A stretch of DNA of 32,000 nt from Wigglesworthia glossinidia endosymbiont of Glossina morsitans morsitans (Yale colony) (GTDB taxonomy: Bacteria; Pseudomonadota; Gammaproteobacteria; Enterobacterales; Enterobacteriaceae). The notes below the pieces were generated by a model that saw only the letters and a program-made list of their open reading frames with translations, did not search any database and was not told where the DNA came from. Location: NCBI RefSeq assembly GCF_000247565.1, contig NC_016893.1:570001-602000 (forward strand). The letters run 5' to 3'. Of this stretch, positions 20,918 through 31,417 are shown piece after piece. Numbering within the stretch: position 1 is the stretch's first letter; every line of letters starts with the position of its first letter. The translations under genes were made by a program, and so were the position numbers.

Positions 20918-21841
20918 ATGCACATACCAGTAATGTTAAATGAAGTAATTCATGTAATTAATATTATTCCAAGCGGAACATATATTGATGCAACTTTTGG
21001 AGGAGGGGGTCATACAAAAAAAATTTTATCTAAATTAAATTCTCAAGGTCAAATAATCGTTATTGATCGAGATCCACTTGCTATAAAAATAGCAAGCAAC
21101 CTCCAAGATCCTAGAATTAAAGTTATTCACGGAAATTTTTCATCAATTACACAATATGCAAAAAAATATAATCTTATTGGAAAAGTTAATGGAATTTTGT
21201 TTGATTTTGGGATTTCTTCTTTCCAAATTGACGATAAAAATAGAGGATTTTCATTTTTACAAGATGGTCCATTAGATATGCGTATGAATAACATGCACGG
21301 AATATCTGCAGCAGATTGGATAAACCGTGCAAAATTATCAGAAATTTATTTTGTATTAAAAAATTTTGGAGAAGAACGTTATGCAAAAAAAATAGCACAA
21401 GCTATTATAGAAAATAAAAAAAGAAAATTAATTACTAAAACAAGCGAATTGTCATCTATAATATGCAATACATGTGGTATTTACTATCAAAAAAATAAAC
21501 ATCCAGCACGTAGAAGTTTTCAAGCAATTCGGATACACATCAATAATGAGTTAAAAGAAATAAAAGAGACGCTAAAACAAATATTAACTTTATTAAAAGA
21601 AAACGGTCGAATAGTTTTTATTAGCTTTCATTCACTCGAAGATCGTATAATAAAAAATTTTATTAACTATAATAGTAAAATACAAATTCATCCTCATAAT
21701 CTACCGATTTTAGAAAGTCAAATACAAAAAAAATTTCCAGTCAAGTTAAAAAAATTTAAAAAAATTAAACCATCTCAACAAGAGATATCAAATAATCTTC
21801 GCTCGAAAAGTGCTATTTTACGTTTTGTAGAAAAAATTTAG
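20918..21841 (+). CDS. rsmH: 16S rRNA (cytosine(1402)-N(4))-methyltransferase RsmH/MraW
   Basis: HIPVMLNEVIHVI, GTYIDATFGGGGHT, DRDPLAIKIA, GILFDFGISSFQIDDKNRGFSF, RSFQAIRIHINNELKEI, ISFHSLEDRIIKNF. Confidence 0.96.
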   Translation: MHIPVMLNEVIHVINIIPSGTYIDATFGGGGHTKKILSKLNSQGQIIVIDRDPLAIKIASNLQDPRIKVIHGNFSSITQYAKKYNLIGKVNGILFDFGISSFQIDDKNRGFSFLQDGPLDMRMNNMHGISAADWINRAKLSEIYFVLKNFGEERYAKKIAQAIIENKKRKLITKTSELSSIICNTCGIYYQKNKHPARRSFQAIRIHINNELKEIKETLKQILTLLKENGRIVFISFHSLEDRIIKNFINYNSKIQIHPHNLPILESQIQKKFPVKLKKFKKIKPSQQEISNNLRSKSAILRFVEKI

Positions 21842-22166
21842 ATGATAAAAACAAAAAAAAAATCTTACAAAAATAATTTTACAAGATATATTAAATTATT
21901 CTAAATTATCAATAGTAATAGTATTACTAATAATTATTACATCGATATTTTCAATTTATATTAAATATCAAACACGTTACTCTATTTATGAATATGAACG
22001 TATTTTATTTGATCAAGTTTCACTAGAAAATGAATGGAGCCATTTAATATTAGAAGAATATACATTAAGTAATCATCGTCGAATTGAATTATTTGCGCTT
22101 AAAACATTAAATATGTGTCACATAGATTTGTTAAAAGAAAATATTATAATTTATGCTATTAAATAA
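21842..22166 (+). CDS. ftsL: Cell division protein FtsL, reading frame interrupted at an A10 tract (21853-21862); absent from the supplied ORF track
   Basis: Frame +1 from 21849 to the TAA at 22164-22166 reads ..NLTKIILQDILNYSKLSIVIVLLIIITSIFSIYIKYQTRYSIYEYERILFDQVSLENEWSHLILEEYTLSNHRRIELFALKTLNMCHIDLLKENIIIYAIK*; LENEWSHLILEEYTLSNHRRIE corresponds to E. coli [22 protein letters not shown]. The ATG at 21842 directly abuts the rsmH stop but is in frame 0, which stops at TAA 21902-21904. Confidence 0.9.
21853..21862 (+). repeat. A10 homopolymer at the ftsL frameshift site
   Basis: ATG ATA AAA ACA AAA AAA AAA TCT...; ten consecutive A residues. A9 restores the FtsL frame. Confidence 0.9.
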
Positions 22167-22183
22167 TTTAAATATATTTTTAT

Positions 22184-23875
22184 ATGAAAATTTTTATAAT
22201 TAAATGGCGTTTTTTAATTTTGTTAAGTTTTATTTTGATTTTTTTGTTAAGTTTAATCATGCGAATAACTTATTTGCAAATTATTAATCCAAATAATTTA
22301 ATCCATGAAAGCAACATGAGATCTTTGCGTATAGAAACCATACCTGTTTCAAGAGGTATGATTCTAGATAGAAATAAACATCCTCTTGCAGTTAGTGTAC
22401 CAGTACATGCTATATGGGTAGATCCTAAAGAATTGAATAATCGTGGTGGAATTATTAAAAATATATATTGGGAAGCATTATCAAACGCATTATCTATTTC
22501 TTTTGAACAATTGTTTCAACGTATTAACAATAATCCAAATAGCCGTTTTGTATATTTAGCACGTCAAGTAAATTCTGAAATTGGTGAATATATTCATCAG
22601 TTAAATTTACCAGGTATACATTTAAAAGAAGAATCACGTAGGTATTATCCTATCGGACAAGCAGCAGCACACATTATTGGAATAACAAACATTGATGGTC
22701 AAGGTATTGAGGGGCTTGAAAAAAGCTTTGATCCATGGTTATCTGGAATTCCAGGAAAAAGAAAAATTAGAAAAGATAGGTTTGGAAAAATTATTGAACA
22801 TATTATATTAAAAAAAACTCAAAAATCTAAAAATTTAATATTAAGCATTGACGGAAATTTACAAACTATAGTATATAAAAAATTAAAAAAATCAGTAGCT
22901 TTAAATAAAGCAGAATCAGGTACTGCAATTTTAGTTGATGTAAATACCGGTGAAATATTGGCTATGACAAATGTCCCTTCATATAATCCTAATAATCTCA
23001 CTAAAACTAATAATAGTATGATGCGTAATAGAGCTATTACAGATATTTTTGAACCAGGTTCTATTATTAAACCAATAGTGATCGTTTCTGCTTTGCAAAA
23101 AGGTGTTATCACAGAAAATAGTATTATTGATACACGCCCTTATGTTCTAAATGGATATCGTATAAAAGATGTAGTAGATTATGAAAGTTTAACAATAGAA
23201 GGAATTTTAAAAAAATCTAGTAACGTAGGTGTATCCAAAATAGCATTATCTATGCCAATAGAAACTCTTTTGGAAACATATCAATTATTTGGTCTAGATA
23301 AATCTACTAAATTAGGTTTGATTGGAGAAAGTAATGGTTTTTTTCCAAAAAATAAAAAATGGACTGGAATTGAAAAAGCTACACTTTCTTATGGATATGG
23401 TTTAATGGTAACTCCATTACAATTAGCACAAGTATATACGACAATAGGTGGGATTGGATTTATGCATCCTTTATCTATTATAAAAATAAATAAAACTAAT
23501 ATCGGTAAACAAATATTTTCACCAATAATAATACGTCAGGTAATTCGTATGATGGAAAGTGTTGCATTACCTGGGGGTAGCGGTGTACAAGCAGCTGTAC
23601 ATGGATATAGGATAGCTGTAAAAACAGGAACTTCTAAAAAAGTGGGATCTGATGGAATTTACGTGAATAAATATATTGCATGTGCTGCAGGTATAGCGCC
23701 GGTAGAAAATCCTCGTTTTGCATTAGTTGTCGTAATTAATGATCCAAAAGGAGGTAGATATTATGGTGGTTCTGTATCTGCTCCAGTATTTAGTGAGATT
23801 ATGAATATTGTATTGCATTACATGAATATTCTGCCAGACAAATTGCCCGAGAATACTACAATAGTAAATCGTTAA
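22184..23875 (+). CDS. ftsI: Peptidoglycan D,D-transpeptidase FtsI (PBP3)
   Basis: SRGMILDRNKHPLAVS, active-site FEPGSIIKP (SxxK), SSN, AVKTGTSKK (KTG). Confidence 0.97.
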   Translation: MKIFIIKWRFLILLSFILIFLLSLIMRITYLQIINPNNLIHESNMRSLRIETIPVSRGMILDRNKHPLAVSVPVHAIWVDPKELNNRGGIIKNIYWEALSNALSISFEQLFQRINNNPNSRFVYLARQVNSEIGEYIHQLNLPGIHLKEESRRYYPIGQAAAHIIGITNIDGQGIEGLEKSFDPWLSGIPGKRKIRKDRFGKIIEHIILKKTQKSKNLILSIDGNLQTIVYKKLKKSVALNKAESGTAILVDVNTGEILAMTNVPSYNPNNLTKTNNSMMRNRAITDIFEPGSIIKPIVIVSALQKGVITENSIIDTRPYVLNGYRIKDVVDYESLTIEGILKKSSNVGVSKIALSMPIETLLETYQLFGLDKSTKLGLIGESNGFFPKNKKWTGIEKATLSYGYGLMVTPLQLAQVYTTIGGIGFMHPLSIIKINKTNIGKQIFSPIIIRQVIRMMESVALPGGSGVQAAVHGYRIAVKTGTSKKVGSDGIYVNKYIACAAGIAPVENPRFALVVVINDPKGGRYYGGSVSAPVFSEIMNIVLHYMNILPDKLPENTTIVNR

Positions 23876-23886
23876 AAAAATAAAAA

Positions 23887-25383
23887 ATGGTTAATTATAT
23901 AGATTTAAAAAAATTAATTTTTCCTTGGGTTTCTTCAAAAGAAATTCCCAGTATTAAATTAGATAATTTGACATTAAATAGCAAAAAAGTAACTCAAAAT
24001 ACTTTATTTATTGCTATATCGGGAAATAAACAACACGGAAAAAAATTTATTTTTGAAGCAATTCAAAATGGATCTACAGCCATACTTGTAGAAACAAATA
24101 ATATGCGTAAACATGGAAAAATGTATTATGTTAATACAATACCGATAATTTATTTTTATCAGTTAAATCGTCATCTTTCAGAATTATCAGGTAAATTTTA
24201 TTATCATCCGTCAAAATATATGCAATTAATTGGTATTACAGGGACAAATGGAAAAACTACAGTGGCATATTTTATTACACAATGGCTGAATTTTTTAGGA
24301 AAAAAAAGCGGTATTATGGGTACTTTAGGATATGGGCAGATTAACAAACTTCATAAATCCGAAAACACTACTTATTCTGCTATTAAATGTCAAAAAGTTT
24401 TAAAAAATTTTTTGAAAAAAAATATTCGCATTATTTCTATGGAAGTATCTTCACATGGATTATCTCAAGATAGAGTAAATTACTTGTATTTTACAATAGC
24501 TGTTTTTACTAACTTAAGTCATGAACATTTAGATTATCATAAAAATATGATTCAATATGAGAATTCAAAATGGAAATTATTTTCCGAATTATCTGTATCA
24601 AAATATATTATTAATATCGACGATAATGTTGGAAAAAATTGGGCAAAAAAATTTCCTCAAGCTATTATAGTTTCTACAAAATATAATTTATCTAAAAAAT
24701 TTAAAAATCTTAAAATATATGTAAAAAAAATTTTTTTTCACTGTTATGGAACAAAAATAACAATTGTTTCTAGTTGGGGCACAGAAATAGTAAATGTAAA
24801 ATTATTTGGAAAATTTAATATTAATAATTTATTAATTGCCTGCGCTGTATTATTAATACAAGGACATTCTTTTACAAGAATTTTAAATTATATTGAAAAA
24901 ATTCATATGCCTCAAGGACGTATGGAAATATTTTATTTGAAAAAATTACCTAAAATTATTATAGATTATGCTCATACTCCAGATGCTTTAGAAAAATTGT
25001 TAATTACAATAAAATTGCATTTTAAAACAGATATGTATGTTATATTTGGATGTGGAGGTAATCGAGATCGTGAAAAGCGTGCAATAATGGGTAAAATATG
25101 CGAGAAATATGCTAAAAATATTATCATTACAAATGATAATCCTCGATATGAAAATGAAGAACAAATATTTTCTGATATTAAAATTGGAATAAAAAATTTT
25201 AATAATGTTAAATTTATTCCATCTAGAAAAAAAGCTATAAAATTTGCTGTTCAAAACAGTAATAAAAAAGATATTGTTATGATTTTAGGAAAAGGTCATG
25301 AAGAATATCAACAATTTTATTCTCAAAAATATTTTTATTCAGACAAAATTGTTGTAAAAGAAATATTAAAAAAAATCATATGA
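23887..25383 (+). CDS. murE: UDP-N-acetylmuramoyl-L-alanyl-D-glutamate--2,6-diaminopimelate ligase
   Basis: GITGTNGKTTVAYF, MEVSSHGLSQDRV, IDYAHTPDALEKLL, GCGGNRDREKR, meso-DAP specificity motif DNPR. Confidence 0.97.
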   Translation: MVNYIDLKKLIFPWVSSKEIPSIKLDNLTLNSKKVTQNTLFIAISGNKQHGKKFIFEAIQNGSTAILVETNNMRKHGKMYYVNTIPIIYFYQLNRHLSELSGKFYYHPSKYMQLIGITGTNGKTTVAYFITQWLNFLGKKSGIMGTLGYGQINKLHKSENTTYSAIKCQKVLKNFLKKNIRIISMEVSSHGLSQDRVNYLYFTIAVFTNLSHEHLDYHKNMIQYENSKWKLFSELSVSKYIINIDDNVGKNWAKKFPQAIIVSTKYNLSKKFKNLKIYVKKIFFHCYGTKITIVSSWGTEIVNVKLFGKFNINNLLIACAVLLIQGHSFTRILNYIEKIHMPQGRMEIFYLKKLPKIIIDYAHTPDALEKLLITIKLHFKTDMYVIFGCGGNRDREKRAIMGKICEKYAKNIIITNDNPRYENEEQIFSDIKIGIKNFNNVKFIPSRKKAIKFAVQNSNKKDIVMILGKGHEEYQQFYSQKYFYSDKIVVKEILKKII

Positions 25384-26765
25384 TTCCTTTATATTTAAAA
25401 GATATATCTTGTATTTTGAATGTTCCATATATAGGAAAAAACTGTAAAATTCATACAATATCTATTGATTCGAGAACAATTAAAAAAAATCAAAAATGTA
25501 TTTTCGTGACTATTCAAGGAAAAAAAAATAATAGCGAAATTTTTATACATGAAGCAATTAAAAATGGAGCCATTGCTATTTTAAATACCAGATTATTACC
25601 AATTGATATGCCTCAAATTATTGTTCGTAATACCATAGAAGCTTTAAGAAAAATTGCCAAGTGGTTGCGTAATAAGATTAATGTCAAAATTGTTGCAATT
25701 ACTGGATCATGCGGTAAAACTTCAGTAAAAGAAATGGTATTTAAAATTTTGAATATATGTGAAAAAACACTTGCAACAAAAAAAAATTTTAACAATACCT
25801 TAGGCGTATTGTTAACATTATTAGAATTAAAAAAAGAACATAAATTTGCAGTAATAGAAGTAGGAGGCAGTCGATTCAATGAAATCCAACATTCTTCATA
25901 TTTAATACGCCCAAATTTAATATTAATTAATAATATTGTAGAATCACATCTACTAGGTTTTCGCTCTTTGTATGGCGTTTCTCAAGCAAAAGGAGAAATT
26001 TTTTCTGGCATGTTAAATGACAGCATGATACTTTTAAATTCTGATAGTCATAATTGGTCATTATGGAAAAATAAAATAAAAAATCAATCAGTTTTTTGGT
26101 TTGGATTAAAAAAATGTCAGAAAAATTTTTTTCATTTAATTGATATAATCCAAAAAAATTTAATAACAAAAATACGATTAAATACCCCAACTGGAACATT
26201 AAATATTAAACTAAATACAATAGGAAATCATAATATATCAAATGCTATAGCAGCAAGTATATTATCGTATTTATTAGGCGTAAATTTATGTACTATAGCA
26301 TTTGGATTAAAAAATTTTTTTTCATTTCCAGGAAGATTATTTCCTATTTTTTTAAACAAGAATCAAATATTATTCGATGATAGTTATAATGCTAATATAG
26401 GATCTATGATTGCAGCTATTTCAGTATTAAGAAAAATGCCAGGATATCGCGTAATAATTATTGGTGATATGTTAGATCTTGGTGTAAACAACGGAATTTT
26501 TTTTCATAAAAAATTAGGAACAGTTTTATCGCAATCTAATATTCATCGAGTTTTTAGTATTGGCTATATGAGTCAGTATTCAAGTTATATAAGCAAAAAA
26601 GGCAAACATTATTATGATATAGAATTATTATTACAAGATATTATGCAAATTCTCAACCAATATCCGATAACTACTATTTTAGCGAAAGGTTCACATGATA
26701 CTCAAATATATAAAATAGTGCAAATATTAATAAGGAACACTAAATATGCTAGCATTTTTATTTGA
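25380..26765 (+). CDS. murF: UDP-N-acetylmuramoyl-tripeptide--D-alanyl-D-alanine ligase
   Basis: [51 protein letters not shown]; between murE and mraY. Confidence 0.95.
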   Translation: MIPLYLKDISCILNVPYIGKNCKIHTISIDSRTIKKNQKCIFVTIQGKKNNSEIFIHEAIKNGAIAILNTRLLPIDMPQIIVRNTIEALRKIAKWLRNKINVKIVAITGSCGKTSVKEMVFKILNICEKTLATKKNFNNTLGVLLTLLELKKEHKFAVIEVGGSRFNEIQHSSYLIRPNLILINNIVESHLLGFRSLYGVSQAKGEIFSGMLNDSMILLNSDSHNWSLWKNKIKNQSVFWFGLKKCQKNFFHLIDIIQKNLITKIRLNTPTGTLNIKLNTIGNHNISNAIAASILSYLLGVNLCTIAFGLKNFFSFPGRLFPIFLNKNQILFDDSYNANIGSMIAAISVLRKMPGYRVIIIGDMLDLGVNNGIFFHKKLGTVLSQSNIHRVFSIGYMSQYSSYISKKGKHYYDIELLLQDIMQILNQYPITTILAKGSHDTQIYKIVQILIRNTKYASIFI

Positions 26766-27828
26766 AAAATTAATGCATATTTGTTCTGTTTTTAATATTT
26801 TTTCATACTTAACAGTACGTGCTATTACTGGTTTATTTACAGCTTTTTTCTTATCACTTTGGTTTGGTCCTTACATTATTGCTTTCTTAAAAAAATTTCA
26901 GATTAATCAAATTATTCGCACAGATGGTCCAGAATCTCATTTATATAAAAATGACACTCCAACAATGGGAGGAATTATGATTTTAGTTACAATCATTATT
27001 TCTACACTTGTTTGGTGTCGTTTATCTAATCCTTATGTTTGGTACGTGTTATATATATTAATAGGGTATGGAATAGTAGGATTTTATGATGATTACATGA
27101 AAATTATCAAAAATAATTCTAAAGGGTTATCGGCAAAATGGAAATATTTTTGGCAATCAATTATAGCAATAATTATTGCTATTTTAATATTTTTAAAATA
27201 TCAAAATTCTAACGTTACACAGCTGGTTATACCTTTTTTTAAAGAGGTTATGCCTCAATTGGGATGGTGGTATATTATTACTACTTATTTAGTAATTGTT
27301 GGAACTAGTAATGCAGTGAACTTAACAGATGGTTTAGACGGTTTAGCTATTATGCCAACAGTTTTTATTGCTTCCGGTTTTTCAATAATATCATGGATAA
27401 CTGGAAATATACATTTTGCTTATTATTTAAACATTCCTTATATTCAATTTTCCGGGGAATTAGTAATAATATGTGCTTCTATTGTTGGAGCAGGCTTAGG
27501 GTTTTTATGGTTTAATGCATACCCTGCGCAAATTTTTATGGGCGACGTAGGATCATTAGCTTTAGGTGGAGGATTAGGAATAATTTCTGTTTTAGTAAGA
27601 CAAGAAATATTATTGTTTATCATGGGTGGAATATTTGTATTAGAAACAATTTCTGTTATTTTACAAGTAATATGTTTTAAATTTTTTGGTCAAAGAATTT
27701 TTCGTATGGCGCCAATTCATCATCATTATGAATTACGAGGATGTCCGGAACCTAGAGTAATAGTACGATTTTGGATTATTTCTTTTATTTTGGTTTTATT
27801 AGGGATTTTAACATTAAAAATGAGATAA
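26746..27828 (+). CDS. mraY: Phospho-N-acetylmuramoyl-pentapeptide-transferase
   Basis: [83 protein letters not shown]. Confidence 0.98.
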   Translation: MLAFLFEKLMHICSVFNIFSYLTVRAITGLFTAFFLSLWFGPYIIAFLKKFQINQIIRTDGPESHLYKNDTPTMGGIMILVTIIISTLVWCRLSNPYVWYVLYILIGYGIVGFYDDYMKIIKNNSKGLSAKWKYFWQSIIAIIIAILIFLKYQNSNVTQLVIPFFKEVMPQLGWWYIITTYLVIVGTSNAVNLTDGLDGLAIMPTVFIASGFSIISWITGNIHFAYYLNIPYIQFSGELVIICASIVGAGLGFLWFNAYPAQIFMGDVGSLALGGGLGIISVLVRQEILLFIMGGIFVLETISVILQVICFKFFGQRIFRMAPIHHHYELRGCPEPRVIVRFWIISFILVLLGILTLKMR

Positions 27829-27835
27829 AATATAA

Positions 27836-29152
27836 ATGATATCCTATTTAGGAAAAAAAATTATTATTATTGGATTAGGAAAAACAGGGCTTTCCTGTAT
27901 AAATTTTTTTTATCGTCAAGGTGTTAAGCCATGGTTAATGGATGAAGATAATTCACCAAAATTTTTAAAACAAATTCCATCGGATCTTCCCTGTCATTTA
28001 GGAAGTTTAAATATAGCATGGATATTAAAATCTACATTAATTGTGATTAGTCCAGGAGTACCTTTATCACATCCATCATTAATTGCTGCAAAAAAAGCAA
28101 AAATAGAAATTATTGGAGATATAGAATTATTTGCAAGAGAAGCACAAAAACCAATTATAGCCATTACTGGATCTAATGGAAAAAGTACGGTAACAGCAAT
28201 GCTCGGAAAAATAGCTTCTTATGCAGGTATCCCAGTAGGTATGGGAGGTAATTTAGGTACACCAGCATTAAATTTATTAAACAAAAAAGACTGTCAATTA
28301 TATATTATTGAGGTATCAAGTTTTCAATTAGAAAGTACATTTAAGTTAAATACATTAGTTTCATCAATATTGAATGTTACTCATGATCATATGGACCGCT
28401 ATCCTTTAGGAATAAATCAATATCGTGCATATAAATTAAAAATTTATAGCTATTCAAAAATAAACTTAATAAATTTAGATGACCCATTAACATGGCCAAT
28501 TGATAACGATAATAAAAATTGTGTAGGATTTTCAAAAAATTCAGGCACATATCAAATTAAAAACATTCACAATGATATGTGGTTAGTAGCAAACAAACAA
28601 ATTGTATTAAAATGTTCACATATGAAAATACGAGGTTATCATAATTATATGAATGCATTGTCTGCATTAGCAATTGCAGATATTGTAAATTTTCCTCGTA
28701 TAGCTATCGTAAAAGCATTAAAAAACTTTTCTGGATTATCACACAGATTTCAATTAGTCTTAAAAAGAAACAATGTTATTTGGATTAATGATTCTAAATC
28801 TACAAATGTAGAAAGCACTAAAACAGCTTTAATGTCAACAAATACTCAAGGAAACATTCATTTGTTATTAGGAGGCGATAGCAAATCAGCTAACTTGTTA
28901 ACATTGTCAAACATTTTAAAAAGGAAAAAAGTTAAGTTATATTGCTTCGGAAAAGACGCATATCTATTATCTAAAATACATACTAATGCGGAAGTTAGTT
29001 GTACGTTAAAACAATCAATCATAAAAATTAAAAAAAATATACATTCCGGGGATGTCGTACTATTATCGCCAGCTTGTTCTAGTTTAGATCAATTCAAAAA
29101 TTTTAAAGATCGGGGAAATCGTTTTATTCAACTTGCAAAACAATTTGGATAA
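27836..29152 (+). CDS. murD: UDP-N-acetylmuramoylalanine--D-glutamate ligase
   Basis: [74 protein letters not shown]. Confidence 0.95.
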   Translation: MISYLGKKIIIIGLGKTGLSCINFFYRQGVKPWLMDEDNSPKFLKQIPSDLPCHLGSLNIAWILKSTLIVISPGVPLSHPSLIAAKKAKIEIIGDIELFAREAQKPIIAITGSNGKSTVTAMLGKIASYAGIPVGMGGNLGTPALNLLNKKDCQLYIIEVSSFQLESTFKLNTLVSSILNVTHDHMDRYPLGINQYRAYKLKIYSYSKINLINLDDPLTWPIDNDNKNCVGFSKNSGTYQIKNIHNDMWLVANKQIVLKCSHMKIRGYHNYMNALSALAIADIVNFPRIAIVKALKNFSGLSHRFQLVLKRNNVIWINDSKSTNVESTKTALMSTNTQGNIHLLLGGDSKSANLLTLSNILKRKKVKLYCFGKDAYLLSKIHTNAEVSCTLKQSIIKIKKNIHSGDVVLLSPACSSLDQFKNFKDRGNRFIQLAKQFG

Positions 29153-29167
29153 ATTAAATATGTATAA

Positions 29168-30319
29168 ATGAAATATAAGTATAAAACAAATGAAGTTGCA
29201 AATATATCATTTTATGATAAAAAATTACTATTTTTAATTTTAGTGTTAAGTGTGATCGGGCTTATTATGGTTGCATCAGCATCTATATCATTTGGCAGTA
29301 GATTACATAATGATCCATTTTATTTTACAAAACGTAACTTTTTTTATTTTTTAATATCTTTTTTAATATTTTTTCAAATATTAAAATATCCAACAAGTTC
29401 TTGGGAAAATTATAGCCGAATAAATTTATTTGGAACTCTTTTTTTATTGTGCACCATATTTTTATATGGAGATACTATTAATGGAGCAACAAGATGGATA
29501 TCTATAGGATCATTACATTTTCAACCTTCAGAATGGTCTAAGTTAGTATTATTTTTTTATATTTCACATTATATAGTAAGAAAAAAAGAAGAACTTAAAA
29601 ATACTTTTTGGGGTCTTTTTAAGCCTATTATTATTACTTTAATATTTATAATATTACTACTTATGCAGCCTGATCTTGGAAATGCGTTAATTTTATTTTT
29701 TACTACTTTAATTTTGTTATTTTTAGCAGGAATTAAATTGTGGCAATTTTTTTCTATATTTTTATTCGGATTATTAACTATTACGATATTAATCGTTTAT
29801 AAGCCGTATAGAATACGCAGAATATTAGCTTTTTGGAATCCTTGGAACGATCCTTTTGATAGTGGATATCAAATAACACAATCATTAATGGCTTTTGGAA
29901 GAGGGAAATTTTTTGGTACCGGACTAGGTAATTCTATACAAAAATTAGAGTATTTACCGGAATCACATACAGATTTTATTTTTTCTGTTTTAGGAGAAGA
30001 ACTTGGATATTTAGGATCAATACTAATATTATCTATGATATTTTTAATGTCTATACGTACACTATATATCGGAAAAAGATCTTTAAAAAATCACAATAAA
30101 GTACCTGGATATTTTTCTTATGCAATAGGAATATGGTTAAGTTTGCAAACAATTATGAATGTCGGAGGAGTTATAGGTATTTTACCGGTAAAAGGATTAA
30201 CTTTACCTTTAATCAGTTATGGAGGTTCCAGTTTAATTACTATTTTAGTATCATTGGCATTTGTATTAAGATTAGATTTTGAATTACGTTTAAAAAAATA
30301 TCAAGCAATTAATTTATGA
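29168..30319 (+). CDS. ftsW: Lipid II polymerase / divisome protein FtsW
   Basis: Multi-pass SEDS protein: NGATRWISIGSLHFQPSEWSKL, LLMQPDLGNALILF, GLGNSIQKLEYLPESHTDFIFSVLGEELG, LPLISYGGSSLI. Confidence 0.96.
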   Translation: MKYKYKTNEVANISFYDKKLLFLILVLSVIGLIMVASASISFGSRLHNDPFYFTKRNFFYFLISFLIFFQILKYPTSSWENYSRINLFGTLFLLCTIFLYGDTINGATRWISIGSLHFQPSEWSKLVLFFYISHYIVRKKEELKNTFWGLFKPIIITLIFIILLLMQPDLGNALILFFTTLILLFLAGIKLWQFFSIFLFGLLTITILIVYKPYRIRRILAFWNPWNDPFDSGYQITQSLMAFGRGKFFGTGLGNSIQKLEYLPESHTDFIFSVLGEELGYLGSILILSMIFLMSIRTLYIGKRSLKNHNKVPGYFSYAIGIWLSLQTIMNVGGVIGILPVKGLTLPLISYGGSSLITILVSLAFVLRLDFELRLKKYQAINL

Positions 30320-31392
30320 AAAACAAAAAAAATATACATATTTTGATTTCAGGTGGAGGTAGCGGAGGTCACGTATTTGTAGGATTATCAATTGCTAAAC
30401 ATTTAATCAATCTTGGATGTAATGTAACTTGGTTGGGAGCTAAAAATAAAATAGAATCTCAGTTAATACCAAAAAATAAAATTCCAATTGAATATTTTTA
30501 TGTCAGCGGATTTTGTGGAAAAAATATTTTTTTAAAATTCATTAGTATAGCGAAATTGATATATGCTTTATTTAAAGCGAAAATTTTCATAAAAAAAATA
30601 AAACCAAATGTTGTTTTTTCTATAGGAGGATATGCGTCTTTACCAGGAGCTATAGCTACGTGGATGCTAAAAATTCCATTAGTAATACATGAACAAAATA
30701 CAATCCCGGGATTAGCAAATTATTTTTTATCTAAATTGTCTAATTGTCAAGTATTGCAAGCATTTCCAAACACTTTTCCAGATTCTAAAGTAGTAGGAAA
30801 TCCAATTAGAGAAGATATTTTAAAAATATCTTCTCCTGTAATAAGATTTCAAAATCGTTCCGGACCTTTAAGATTGTTAATATTAGGAGGTAGTCAAGGA
30901 GCGACTGTATTAAATAATATTATACCATCTATTTTAAAAATATTGCCAAATAAATTTCACATAATACATCAAACAGGATTTAATGAATATAATAAAGTAA
31001 AAGAAAAATATGATAAATTGTTAAATACTAAAAATTATAAAATTTTTACATTTATAGAAGACATTTATACAGCATATAGCTGGGCGGACTTGGTGATCTG
31101 TCGCTCAGGAGCTTTGACAGTTAGCGAGATTGCTCACATCGGATTAGCTGCATTTTTTATTCCATATCCTCACAAAGATAATCAACAATATTGGAATGCT
31201 AAAATCTTAGAAGCTATAGGAGCAGCTAAAATTATTTTACAAAATAAATTTACAAAAAAAAATGTTTTGAACTTTTTATGCGATTGGAATCGAGAAAAAT
31301 CTTTCAAAATGTCTAAAAAATCAAGAGGCGCAATAATAGAAAACTCAACTAAAAAAATTATATACGAAATTTATCAGAATATACAAGTATAA
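30316..31392 (+). CDS. murG: UDP-N-acetylglucosamine--N-acetylmuramyl-(pentapeptide) pyrophosphoryl-undecaprenol N-acetylglucosamine transferase
   Basis: ISGGGSGGHVFVGLSIAKHL, SIGGYASLPG, IHEQNTIPGLAN, VVGNPIREDIL, LGGSQGATVLN, CRSGALTVSE. Confidence 0.94.
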   Translation: MKNKKNIHILISGGGSGGHVFVGLSIAKHLINLGCNVTWLGAKNKIESQLIPKNKIPIEYFYVSGFCGKNIFLKFISIAKLIYALFKAKIFIKKIKPNVVFSIGGYASLPGAIATWMLKIPLVIHEQNTIPGLANYFLSKLSNCQVLQAFPNTFPDSKVVGNPIREDILKISSPVIRFQNRSGPLRLLILGGSQGATVLNNIIPSILKILPNKFHIIHQTGFNEYNKVKEKYDKLLNTKNYKIFTFIEDIYTAYSWADLVICRSGALTVSEIAHIGLAAFFIPYPHKDNQQYWNAKILEAIGAAKIILQNKFTKKNVLNFLCDWNREKSFKMSKKSRGAIIENSTKKIIYEIYQNIQV

Positions 31393-31417
31393 AATAAACT
31401 TTAATATTATTAATAAT

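Noticed and set aside
24721-24740. A8T8 tract in murE as a second possible frameshift site
   Set aside because: The reading frame continues intact on both sides with recognisable MurE motifs downstream (IDYAHTPDALE, DNPR), so nothing needs rescue.
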